Source: Takakia lepidozioides (taxonomy: Eukaryota > Plantae > Bryophyta). From it: a stretch of 64,000 nucleotides of DNA. The notes under the pieces were generated by a model, which was not told where the DNA came from, made no database searches, and saw only the letters and a list, made by a program, of their open reading frames with translations. Below, piece by piece: positions 1 through 12,900 of the stretch (position 1 is the stretch's first letter; the number at the start of each line of letters is the position of its first letter). The stretch lies in the NCBI GenBank assembly GCA_030704615.1, contig CM060731.1, forward strand, positions 82,088,001-82,152,000, written 5' to 3'. Both the position numbers and the translations under genes were made by a program.

Positions 1-14
1 GCAGCCTTGGTGTC

Positions 15-921
15 ATGACAGATGGAAATGCAGCACTCTTTCAGAACTTAGTGCAAGATTTCTCTTTTTTGTTGTCACAAGGGAATGAATATCGAGTTGG
101 TGACTCTGTTATCGTTGAGCCTGACGAGCCTTATGAAGGCCACTCGTGGACATGGAAGGCCCAGATCACCCGGTTTTTCATTCACGAGTTTTATGGTGAC
201 AGACGAGTTTTTTCCAAGGCCAGTACTACAACATTGCAACATCACCACGTCTGCTGTAGCGCTTAAGCACAGCTGTACTGGTATGGTCATCTTACAACTC
301 TGTCCACAAAGGTGGCCTGGAAATGATATCAGGCCTTCCCATCTTCTAATGCACAAATTCATTCCAATGCCTTTGGTAGGGCAGAATACTAGGATTCTTG
401 TTGCATACGAGATGGAGGATATCTCACCACGGGACCATCTATTCCAACAAGGCATGCCCGGTCGCTGCCCTCCTTATCCGGAAATAGGGGATGTTGTGAT
501 GGTTAGGAATATTAGCACCCCTGAGTCGTTCTCGGTGGCAGTGGTGAGGAGCGTGTCTGAAGCAAGGTTCACAAGTGATTCTCCCGAGGAAGAAGAAACT
601 ATGAGGAAAGCAATCGCACCAGGGCCACTTGCAAAGCAAGACTACTTCGTCGGGGAGGTGGAATTGTGCATGTTGGAAGCTGTTGGCCGCGTGTCTGGTG
701 GCCCCCTCAACAGATACAGGGCCTCTGGAATTATGAGCACCAGATCGTGGCATTCTCTTGAGAGAAGGTTGTATGATGCCCAAGTTACACGTCGCCGCCA
801 TGGGGAACCCATTGAGTGGGCATGGCAGGACGGTGGCTCGCGATGCGATGATGAAGTCTTTGCAATACTTTCAATTCTCAATTCAAAAAATGAAATTGCA
901 ATACCCAGGGGGTCGCACTGA
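15..921 (+). pseudogene. Frameshifted ORF of unknown function, probably transposon-derived (BAH-like segment)
   Basis: Overlapping ORFs 15..266 and 85..921 look like one frameshifted CDS. 'EYRVGDSVIVEPD...WKAQITRFF' resembles BAH-like segments; no firm family call. Confidence 0.25.
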
Positions 922-1137
922 ATATGCAATGATTTTGAAAGTCACAAATCAACATTTTGATTGTTTGGTGCTCAAGGAGAGATAGTTAGGACAAGTGTGG
1001 GCTAAGACAGGGCTGTTTGGGGGATTTGTACTCATGCCCTTCTGAAGGCAAATTGCCATTAACTTTTGATTTCGCCTTTCAGCTTTTTGATGGAAGGAGA
1101 TTGAAGAAGGCGCTTCCTTGATGCAAGGATATGCAGA

Positions 1138-1302
1138 CCTTAAGTTTGGTGAGAGCACAGGGAAACTTTTACCCAACTGTGTACTTCCATGAGTTCTGGA
1201 TGCTGAGAGACAAGCTGGCCGCCATCAATGAGACACTGCATGAGGTTCACTTGGATCTGGAGCTGGGTCCCATCAGTCTTATGCGCTGGCAGCTATACCC
1301 GC
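1138..1302 (+). pseudogene. Isolated CLPTM1-family exon fragment
   Basis: 'GNFYPTVYFHEFWMLRDKLAAINETLHEVHLDLELGPISLMRWQLY' matches the conserved plant CLPTM1 segment. Bounded by tgcag and gt; no neighbouring exons recognised. Confidence 0.8.
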
Positions 1303-2451
1303 AAGTCTATCATAGTGAGAGCAGACAGCTTTGAGTTATTTGTTTTTGTAGGAGTCGCTTGGCACGTCCTTCCTCTCGGTCTTTGTTTTTTGCCTCTAAT
1401 GGTGGGCAGGTTTGTATGTTTTTGCAGCTTCAATTTTTGGGACTGGAGCTGCAGCTATGACAGGAGCTGCAGCAATGACGTGAGGCTTCTCGGTAGGATT
1501 TTGGTTTAGGAAATGCAGCTATGACATGAGCTGTACCTTGTTCACTATTTTGTTTCTTTTCATATGTACTTTCAGAGCTGCAGCTAGGACATGAGCTGTA
1601 GGAGTGAGTGAGCAAGGCTGTCGATGAAGTTGGAACCAGTAATAAATGCGGGGCTGCAGCTCTTAGCAGGTCAGTCCTGCTTGGCCAGCAATCGTCTGCG
1701 TTTGTTTAGTGGTTTTGTTTGTCCCCTTTCTGTGTTTTGTTCATGTTGCATTGCGAGTCATTGCTGTAGGTGTTAGTCCCCCAGCCAAGCGGGGGTGCAA
1801 ACAAGGATGGGACATTCCCCTGTGGGTCAACGGATCCACTATCGAGATGAGCAACTGCACTACTTCATCTTTTCCTATAGCCCAAGGGGGAGATATCTAC
1901 AGACTGAAGGGCAGCCCAACAGCCCCACACAAACCTGCCTACAGTCTTGTGTGAGAGGGATTTGAACCCAACAAAATCTGCCCACTGGCAGCCCACACAC
2001 ATACATACAAGGCTACTGGTGGCGGAGGGGCACCATCTACATTCCTACAGGTTGGTTTTGACTTTGTCTATCTAATGTTATAACTTTTGTGTTCTCCTTG
2101 TGGTGAAAGGATGCATAATCACACTTATGGAACCAATTCTACAGCTTCCAGCCTTGGCGTGCCAAGCAAAGCCACCTGGGATCCCTCGAGGCTGGGTTTT
2201 AACTGCGATATCTACTTTTTCTGAGGAGATTGGAAGCTCCTGGACAGCAGCTGTTACTGGTATAGACAATTTGCCTCTTGCTTTATCTGGGAGTTTATGG
2301 AGGGAGGTCTACCATGTGCATCTTGCTTCATACATATGGGTCATACTCACACCTTGAGCAAAATCTCTTCTCTCTCTGTTTAAGTCCACAAACCAAACAA
2401 CATATCAATATCTTTGATGAAGACCTGCGGGTATTTTGTTTTGTTTTGGCA

Positions 2452-3085
2452 GAGTCAGGTGGACTTGTATTCATGGGGAGAGAATCAGACTTGCCGTGTA
2501 ATGCGATCGCAGTGGCTGCTGGAGCAAATCATGGCCTATGCCTGGAGTCTAGTGAATCTTTCTTATTGTGGAAAGCTCTGAAATTCTTTGTTTGATGTTG
2601 TCTAGAGTTATGTTCCCCATTTAGAGGTGGCAACGATCATGGCAATTTATTTTTCTCCTTTTGCTGCAAACAGGAATGTAGATCCGCAATGCAGGCCCTC
2701 TCTTGTGATTCAATTGCATGTGGTCTCCTCCAGCAACGTGCAGGTAGTTTGTTTTTTGGCAATTGGGTTTCTCTTTTTCTCTAGTACCTAAGGTTTAAGA
2801 TCTAGAAACAGGCACCCGTATTTACAGTGTTCAAACATGGTGGAAGGATCATGGAGGATTACCTGAAATCTTATGTTGCAAATTGAGACCATAGCCAACT
2901 TTATACGTAATCGTCTATTAGTGTATTGCACACAGGCATAGGCATATGTAGTTCTTATAAGGTCAGAGTGGTTGTGTTCTCAATTTTGTGGTCTTCAATG
3001 TCTTCATGCTTGCAGGGGTTTTGGTGCCCTTGGACATGGCTCATACGAGAAAGAGCTGATGCCTAAGCTGGTGGATGGAAGCTCT
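2452..3085 (+). pseudogene. RCC1-repeat protein exon fragments
   Basis: 'DLYSWGENQ' and 'AIAVAAGANHGLCL' (2452-2546, different frames) and 'GFGALGHGSYEKELMPKLV' (3017-3075, after tgcag) are RCC1-repeat signatures. Confidence 0.65.
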
Positions 3086-3993
3086 ATGGAATGAACGTTC
3101 ATGTCGAACGAACGTTTCATATCGAAATGTTCATGGAAAAGTGGATAAAAAAGAAAAACGGCAATGAACATTTTTTGATGTTTTGAAAATATTTGGATTT
3201 CCTTCCCATAATTAAGTACTTCAGTAGTCCTTAATTCCGTGAAATTAATGCTGTAATTAATGTGAAATTAATGCTAAGTGTGAATAAAATTGATTTTCCC
3301 ACAACTCAAAGTTTACCTCTTGAAGGCAGAGTAGGATATTGTGTAGTTTTCACAGTTGGGAATCACATGCTCCTTTGGAGATGTATGAATACCATTTGTT
3401 TTTCCACATACACCAAAATTTCCCATACAGGTATCTAAAGGGAACATGCATCGTCGTACCTGCAACCTTGCCCATTAGAGAGCCTTTAGATCAAACATGT
3501 AGTTTATATTTTTTACATGATCGTCCAGCATATAAGACAGAAGAATTGTACTTACTAATGTCGACAGGAAGGAAAGCTTGATCCAATGTCGCTATATATA
3601 TGGTCTTTTCCACTGATTGACGCTGTTCATCTTCTTAATACCATTGATGTTCAAAGAACATTCCTGGACTCTCGTAACAGTATTGATGAGGATCAATACC
3701 TTTGCAAGCAAGGGCTAGAGTTTCATGTCGCAGTGATATTATAGGGGTGGGGTGATAATCCTAGCTAGGCACATAAAAGAAAATTTACAGTTGATGCTCC
3801 TCTTTCATTAATAGAATGTTTCTATGTCATATACAGGGAGGTTTGGTCAAATTCCAATGTGGAAATTAATTTAAAATTGCTATGAAGATTGCCTGATATC
3901 TAGAACTAAGTTGGGAATTTGCAAATTGAACCATTCCCTGATTGGACATAGGGAAATTAAGTCCGAACATCCTTTTCAAAATTTAGTGGACTG

Positions 3994-4266
3994 TTCCAGG
4001 TGGCACTTTTTTTATACTCAATATGGCATTATGAGCCGTATTATGATACACTTTCCGGTGGCACTTCTTTTGAGATTCCAGATGGCATTATAATAGACTT
4101 TCCAGGTGGCACTTTTTTGATATTCCAGATGGCATTATAATACACTTTTCAGGTGGCACTTTTTTTTTATATTCCACATGGTATTTCGATATTCCAGATG
4201 GTCTTGTGATACACTTTCCAGGTACTTCTTTTGATATGCCAGATGGTATTATAATACACTTTTGGT
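3994..4266. repeat. ~47-bp degenerate tandem repeat (~5 copies)
   Basis: Unit approximately ttccaggtggcactttttttgatattccagatggcattataatacact. Confidence 0.85.
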
Positions 4267-4692
4267 GTCCATATATAGGAACTTCCCCGCTTCCTACATA
4301 TGCAGTTTGTCTCTGATGTGCAGTGCACATAAGCTAAAATAAAGGCCAAGAGGCTATTGCTACTAGAGCTGCCTCTATTGAGGTCTGCCATACAATGCAT
4401 AGTTGAGGTCCCATGTACAATCATTTCTTAGCACATAAACAACTGCTGAAAATCACAAAGGAGCTAGCAAGAGGTGACCGCAACACTCACGCTACCATCT
4501 TCTTCCTTCACCTCCTCCCTGCCCTGAAAACAAAGACGAACCCCCACAATTAATAAAATATGGCCACAAAACACTCAGTTCACTACTTGGTTACTGGAAT
4601 CACCCCAAGATAGGGTGTGCTGATGCAGTTTACACATGGGCACTTGAAATGATTTATTTCTGGAATGAAAACCAAGCAATGAGTGCCCTTAC

Positions 4693-5180
4693 ACATCTGT
4701 AGGGTAAAGGATGGCGCCCATTGTACTTCCAGCAGCGTTGGCAATCAGATTGTAGTGGGTAAGCATTGCTCCCTGCACAAATGAAGGCAAGGCGCATAAA
4801 GGCACATCTAGCACGAACACAGATTTGCTCCAGCTGAGAGCTATCACAAGTTCAAAATATGAATTCATAATGAGTTGTTACGAAATTTCCAAAGCAAGAT
4901 TGAATAAACAAAATTAGTCTCAATTACTGAATAAGACTAACTCTGACAACATTAACTTGTAGCACGATACAAAGTGATCTCAACTAATGTGACATCTCCA
5001 AACCAGAAGATGCATCATCCTCAGTTGTGAGATACATGGATGATTAAAATGTGGCTACAAGAAATTGAACGTAAGAGAAGTGTAAAATGTGTACCTTTGG
5101 AACCCTAGTAGTACCGCTCGTATAATATATGGTGGCTAGGTCATGAGGATATGGTGGCTAGGTCATGAGGATATGGTGGC
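4693..5180 (-). pseudogene. Long-chain acyl-CoA synthetase (LACS6/7-like) two-exon fragment
   Basis: Minus strand 'PHDLATIYYTSGTTRVPK|gt' (ends 5095; AMP-binding motif) and 'ag|GAMLTHYNLIANAAGSTMGAILYPTDV|gt' (4772-4693). A 22-bp tandem duplication near 5128-5180 disrupts it. Confidence 0.8.
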
Positions 5181-6939
5181 ACAAATTGTTGCAGATCAGC
5201 TGCCCCCTGGCAACAACAGAGAGCTGAAATTGAATACCCAAATCCTAATATATCAAACGTCCCAAAGGATCTAGTCAAGCAACCAATTGAAGCGAGATAA
5301 AACAGTGTTCTAGGTAAGGTTTACCAGCTAGGATAGTCTGAAGGTTGAATCGTCATCGAAAGAGGAAAGAAATGCGAACTTCCTATCTAAGAAATGTGTC
5401 ACAAGCGTCCAGTCCTTGATCAACTACTCTTGACACTCCTATCCTACTTGACAACATTCATTTTGATCAAGTACTCTAGGAAAAATCTGTGACTAATCAT
5501 GTGTGAGATTGAAACAAATATGGACTACGGACTACGGACTCCTACGGATAACCACAGTTCAACCAAAACCAAATGCATTAACCTTCAATAGCAAGGAACT
5601 GTGAATGTCACAGAATGGTTGACCTTAATTCAAGTCAGTGAGAGGTCTTGTCTGTGACCTTAACTGAAAATGCTCAAAAGCTGGCCCTAAGCTGGCACTC
5701 ATCCACAATGCGGCTCAACTCAGTCACCATAGTTACATGCTTTGACACATTACCATGTTGTTTGCAATACTTCGGGTAATTCCCTACGAACTTCAATATG
5801 GAGATGAGGAGTATTTACCATTCAAGCAGGGGTGAGCATCATCCCTGCCTCTCTCTCTTCCTCAGCCCCAAAGTGTTATTATCTTCAGTCACAGTGCCAC
5901 TAATCTCAATTTGCTAAATAAACACTGTTGGATTTATGGCAGTTCAAAACTGGGATTGTCTAAGGTAAAGAAAAGCCTTTAAAGTGAAAACAAATGCACA
6001 AAGACTAAACATCAAAGAAAGTCACAAAGAAGAAGAAACAATATAAAAGATGAAGGAAACCACAAATAATGTTGTCTTCAATCTAATAGTACATCAACTA
6101 TATCCTGATAAAATTGACAAGCTGTTATAACTCAGGGACGCAGATATACAGAGAACCACAGCTGAAGACTCAGCCAACACAATTTTAGCATTTACATCAT
6201 AGAAACCTCCAGAGATACACAAAAGAAAGAAAGAGAGAATATACTCATCTTGTAGAGTGGAGTGGCGTGGGCCAAGATTTTGTATGCATCTCAAGCTCGA
6301 TCCTGGAGCCCTCTCAAGGCTTGGACCAGCATGATGGTCTCTTCGCCTCGGGGTATGTAATTGTCGTCTTCTCTCTACCCCTTGTCTATAATGTCTGGTT
6401 GTTCAATGTCAGTCTCACTTTGAGAGCAATAGCCATCAAAGTGAACATATTATGTTGTTGGGAGTAAGTCTCTCATTCAAGGGTGGAGCATCTTGGCTCG
6501 TAGATAGGTGGATTATCACTTGTTAATCTGCAATGAATATGAGCAGGGTAAATGATGTATTTGAGGAATTACCAATTCAGGAGGAATTTAGTGGTAGTGA
6601 ACTCACGTATGCACACGAGCAGCAAGGGTTGATTTCCTGATCATCAACTTGCCATATATAGATATATGCACTTTCAAAACCTTGATAAAACTGGACCCAA
6701 GAAGCCTCGAATCTCACTTAGATGGGAATCTTTTACATTTGTATTATGTTCTAAGCACTGGAAGCTCATGTATTAAGTTCTCCAGGCTTGGGCTGGAGTG
6801 AGAAAGGGCTTTAGAATGCTAAACCCTACTCTCATGGGGTTTTCCTTGGATTGGATTCAAACAAGCACGATCCTTAACCCTAGTAAGTCTTGTCAAGGCC
6901 TGAGGTCTGTTGTACTGGTTTCCGGCTGGGTATGTCCAG

Positions 6940-7052
6940 ACTTATGTGATTCAACTTGCGAAAAGTAGCGGAGTGACAAAGTCTGGAGAATGTGAGAAGG
7001 CCTTGCTGCTATTGAAGAGTGGTGTCCGTCTCCATACAACTAAGTTTGCCCG
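6940..7052 (+). pseudogene. Isolated NEMF/Rqc2 N-terminal exon
   Basis: ccag|TYVIQLAKSSGVTKSGECEKALLLLKSGVRLHTTKFAR|gtgag matches plant NEMF 'TYxFKLxxSSGxTESGESEKxLLLxESGVRLHTT'. Confidence 0.8.
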
Positions 7053-9943
7053 GTGAGTTTCTGCAAGAGAATTAATGAATAGATTATGCTCGTGTTGTAT
7101 GTTTCACAGTGAGTGAGTGTGAATATTCACTTTCCAGCTCTCCACATTATTTGAATTCCAAACTTTCAACTTCAACATTCTATAGCAGGTAGGCAGCTTC
7201 CATATGACAAAATTGTCCATGATTATGTTGCATCATGGTTGAAAAATACTACTCTATTGTGATATTTGTGGAGGTGTACTCCAATTATTTAGGGACAAGA
7301 GCACGACACCATCAGGTTTTTCTCTTGTTTTTGTTTTTGTTGTCTTTTGTTTTTGTTGAATCACATTTTTAGATAGAAAAGGTTGGGGAATGAATGTCCA
7401 ATTCCTCTAAGGGGACAAACTGGTGTAAGAAGAGCTCCAGGGCAGGGCTATCACAGTCTCTCTCAAGTGAATAGAAAACCGTTAATATAGCTGAAAGCCA
7501 CTAATATAGTTGGCAGAGGGTGCAGGTGCAAGATTTATCACTATGCCATGGTGAGCATTCAACCAAGAAGACTCAAGGGCAATGTTCCAAACTTGTTTGA
7601 TCTATGTTGAATATGAAATCTGTTGCATATTGCAGGTACACACTGACTGAGGAGGAGTTCAGGTTGCACACATGCTTAGGGTGTAAATGTTAGGATTGCG
7701 AACGACGTCATTGGCTAAGGAGATGTGGCATACAGATGTTGCCACCATTCATGTGCCAGTGCAGGACCGTCTATAAGGCTAAGACTCGGAAAAGACATTC
7801 CATTCTCCCTATCATCCCTGCCTCTGCCCCCTAAACTCATGAGAGTCTGAACGCCATTTGAGTTAAATTGGGTTTGTCAGGGCACGCTAAGTAGTGGTGT
7901 TTTTTTTGTCTATGTGGGCCGGATGGCTATATATAGCAGTTTTATCCATTTGGCTTAGACCTGCTTCAGGCAGTTACATGCTCTCTAGGTGTGATCAGAC
8001 TGAAATAACTGAAGTGGCTCAAATTGAGAAACAAGACCCTTATAATCATGAGGAAATGCTCTCTGACAAATGCCCAAAGTTGCATCTGTCAGAGTATAAG
8101 AGCTTCGAACAATTAACAATGACCAGGACAAAGACCATTGAAGCAAGAAGCTGAATAAGCTGCCTTTAGCAGGTTTCACTTGTAACCAACAGCTTGACCG
8201 ATTGCTTGGCCAAGTTCCATATCACGCCCCCATGGGTTATAGGGATAGAGTGTCAATACCTATACTTGTTCAATTTCCATAATGGCTAAACTATGACCTG
8301 ATCCTCTGCCCTATTGTAAGCGGGTTCAGTGCAGTGGCAAGAATTTGGCCTCTTACATTTCAAGAGGGTTCATATTGCATTGTATCCTGGTCCAAGAAGC
8401 CAACATCCTACATGCTGAAACTACTCCCAAACAATTGCAAAACCAACTTCAATTTTGTAGTGAGCGATAAGCTATGATTGATCTAGCCGAAGACCTCTAT
8501 GCAACATATGAGGAAAACATTTGGAAGATCTTTCACTCTGGTCTGCAAAACCTCCTCTAATCAATAGTGATTATTGTGAGGTTTCAGAGCTTTTTCAATT
8601 TGTTGTAGCCCTTGTGTCTGTGAACAGGTCTTCCTTCCTTTATGATACTACTTGAATGATCTGAGTGTAGATGGGTGCTATTCTGAGCAATTTGACAGCT
8701 ACCTTCGACTATCGTTGAATGAAATTGGGATGTTCTCTGCCCATTTCCTATTGCAATTTCAGAAGTAACTTATGCTCTCAATGGTAATCTTTTAAATGAT
8801 CATTGTTCCATCTACGTAGAACACCCCTCAAAATCCCTAATGGGCCAGGGGACGTTCATCCTTCCAAAGAGTGCATGTAATTAGTTCAGGGTTTCCAGCG
8901 TTTCCAGCCAAGAACAAGTTTCCTCGGTCAAGTTTTCACGTGGAAATATCAATCAAATTTCCTCATTTCCAGTTTTCAAGTGGATATGTAGAACAATTTT
9001 CAAGTTTCTTCATGTGGTATTACCAAATTCCCACCACAAGTTTATTCTCTTGCAGGGAAATAAGTGTCTCCTACGTATTAAGGGAAATGGTCATAACCTC
9101 CTTCTGATAGAAACTGTTCAGGCAATTAAAGTCCACACAATCCACTACTTATATACTACATACCTAGACAAGGGGAACTGGTATCATGACTAGAGTTGTT
9201 TTCAAGTAAGTAACGAAGATTTGAAGTACAAAGTTTATTACCGTCAAAATTTCCACTAGATACAATCAGACCTGTAACTGCAGTTGCTCAAATTTGTGCC
9301 AAGTATTCACTGTCCAAGAGACGTCCATTGCCTGTGAGAACTCATGGAGCATATTGGTCGCTCAATGTTACAGTCAGGTCACGTCACATCTTTGTAGTGG
9401 TGAAGTATTACGTGATGGGCAGGCGGTTCAATTCAGTTCACTCCTTTAAAAGTTGGTTTTTTCTCCAAACAAAGTCTAACTTAGAAAATCATAAATGAGA
9501 TTAAATTGAAACAGAATGTTGGCACTGTAAACATTACAAAAATAGTGTACAACCATCGTATGAAGATCCCACCACCACTACTAGAAGAGCATATAATCTG
9601 GATCAATATCTAAAGGAATCCATCACAGAAGGCTTATGAATATATATTCCAGCTCTTTCACAGAGATCATGAGTTTATTGCCATGAACTCATAGAAAACG
9701 TTCTTTTAATCGAAACCAACCACTTAGATGTTAAAGTGAGGTTCTACAACAAACCAGGACATTGTCGAGACATTGGTTTCTGATAACGTCGAATTGCTTA
9801 AACTCATCATTATTTTCAAAAATATGGCTATATAAGATTGTTCCAAGACTTCCAACTTATAAAGCGATACGGACAAAATAATAATAACAAGCGGCTGGAC
9901 GCGTAATGGCTCCACCCTCCAATATAGAATATATAAGATAACA

Positions 9944-12900
9944 TTAATGTGAATGATTATATTTAACAACGTGATTTTGCAACTTGAAAACTATGTATAT
10001 AGGTTTGTGATATGTCAAATATGCTTCTGTAACTCCATATATGCATTGTTGGTTTCGTGTATTTGTCCAAATGTGGTCCAATTGTGAACCATATATTGTA
10101 GTAGCTTGCATAAATTGAAGTGTCATGGTAATCGTCTTCATAAATTGTAACAATTGCTTTGACATTGATGAATTGTTTTCTAGCATGTTAATATTAAAAT
10201 CACCCATGATAATGGTAGGGCAAAAACTTGGCATCTTATCAACAATTGTTTGTAAACAAGATAAAAATGTGGGTATTGAAAGCGATGGAGGTTTGTAAAT
10301 GACAATAATGTGGATAGCTCTTCTTGTATTTTTGTTGAAAGTAGCCATTATATATTCAGCACCAGAAGATGAAAATATTTTATACGATGTTAACGATACT
10401 GTTTTGTCATATAATAGCATTGTACCATGGCTACCATGGACAGCCACATGCGAATTTTTGGTGGTATCTATGAATAAGTTTATGTCAGAAGTTTTTGGAT
10501 TAAAATGTGTTTCATTAAAACATAAAATATGAGCTGCTTGTAAGTTGTGATTTGCACATAGATCTTCTGAGAGACAGAGAGAAGACTCCGGCCAAGCCGG
10601 CGTGACTAAGAGCCACTTCACCTTTCGGCTACTGCCCCCTGTCGGGGTGGGCCCTATTATTCTCTATGTAATAACAACGATCTAGCATTTAAATGTTGTA
10701 TAAGAACATGTGATTGTACATATATGGTTAAAGTTGGAATGATCAACTCCCATTTTGCTATTGTTTTCAATCTTTGCATTTCTTCTACCACACCATTATC
10801 AACATGAAAAGTCTATAACTTATTTATCATTGAGCTATATAAACGAATATTTTTGGCATGTGTAGCAACACCAGATTTTGATTTATTAAATTGTATCCAT
10901 ATTAAAGGCGTTGAATGATCTGTTAACACTGAAGTATGTTTAAATATACCGTTTGCTCCGTTTACTAAACCATCATGTGTTGCATACTTGCCTGCACATA
11001 ACTCTACCAACATTTCTTGTTTCACACGAATGATTGTATGTAAGCCAGCTGTATTGGCTACATTATCTAAAAGCTTAAAAATGGATGGACATGTATCATT
11101 ATGTTTATCAATAGCTTCAAAAATATGTATACTTTCTTTAGTTTGTTCAAATGCTTTGTGATTATGAACTAACATAGATTTGTTTGTATAATACAAATGT
11201 GGAAATGTTGGATTGTTAGGATCGGGACGACAACATTGTCGATTTATAGTATCAATATCAAATTGAGTTGCCGTTGCAATTCACAGTCGATTCAAGATGG
11301 CAATGAATTCATTGTCTGATTGACGCATTACTTGATTAAGTTCATAACATTTAATACAATCTTGCCAAAAACCAGGTGCTATAACATCATGACCTTCATT
11401 TTTCTTTTTGGAAACCTATGAATCTCGTACTGGCGGTGCTTGATAGAAATCTCTAGTGATAATAACATCAATATTACCAAAGTAAGAATTATGAATTCGT
11501 TTTATTGATCTCAATCGTTGATCAGCAAACGCAAACATCCTACTACCTACAAGAGATACTTCATCTAATACCATAAGTTGTAGTTCATCAATTTTTTTTT
11601 ACTAATGTGTCTAGTCGTTCAGAACTTAGCGATGACAAATTTTTGCAATTAAGAGGTATGCTTAGTCCTAAATGGATTGTTGTTCCATCTATATTGAAAG
11701 CAACATTTCCACTATATGTCATGGGAATTGCTTTTTGTTTAACGGGGTCAGATTGTGGATGTCTATTGTAAAATCTCAATAAACCTTGAATAATAAGCAA
11801 CAAAGTAAATTTTTTCCGGTTCATGCGCCTCCTGTTAAAAACAAATGCAAAGGTTTATAGGGAAACAAATATTTTCTATACATACAATCATCGAAAATTG
11901 CGCGTTGTTCCATATTAAGTTTTCATAGTTGTGTATAAAATTCTGTTGTGGAAATAACGTTATCAGACGCAGAAGAAAAATTCGCATCAGGGCACTGTCG
12001 ATAAACCAATTTCAGGGCGCAAATGAAATTCAGTAGCTATGTCATATGGTTCTATCCCAGCACTACTTATTAATGATTGTGGAATGGATTCTGCATCAAC
12101 ATCAGCATCAAGAAAGTTATTCATCCATATACTACTACCATTGATTTTGACTAATTTGTGAGCATTTGTCTTTAACATACTGTATTAGTATTTTATATAG
12201 AAAACTTGTATATGAATTTATTGCGTATTAATGAAATAGTTGATTCATGATTCATATATTAAGCATCATGCCAAGTCTTATGGTTGTCTTTTTGAGATTC
12301 TTCATTTTTTATGAATGGATGAAAAAATAAAAGTTATTTTTATAATAATTTTCGGAGTCTCGATGCTCATTGTAGTGCACATATCTAATGATATGAAATT
12401 TTTTACGACGCTTTATTTATTTTTTCCACTGTTTAATCTGCTACAAATTCAATGAGACTTAAGTGATTTAATGTAGTTGGGCGATCTATGTATTTATCGA
12501 TAGCAGATGAACATTTTTTATCCATAGATCCAGGAGGGAGTCGTCGTAAATCTTTATTAGCTTTCAGCACAAATGCACGTTCTTGAGGCGGTAATGTTTT
12601 TAGAAATTTAAAAGTTTTGGATGCATGATATGGTGGTATAGAAAAGACAACGTATGCAGCTAATTGAGCCGACATTTGTTGGGCATTCAAGAACACATTT
12701 TCCATCTTACGGATTCTAACACTTGCATCAACTTGTTCTGATTTGTATTTTTTTTTTATTGTACGGAATTCATTAGTAATAGATTTATCTATCTTAGTTA
12801 AATAAGAAGTACAATAACTTGCTGCAGCATAAGGATCGAGAATATATTGTGCATCAGTATTAGCTTGCCACAATGGGCCAGCGTGGATACCAAATGCATT

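Noticed and set aside
3994-4266. CRISPR-like array
   Set aside because: No unique spacers and no cas genes; a plain degenerate tandem repeat in eukaryotic DNA.
5660-5735. Possible gamma-tubulin complex exon fragment
   Set aside because: Similarity too short and requires assuming an indel.
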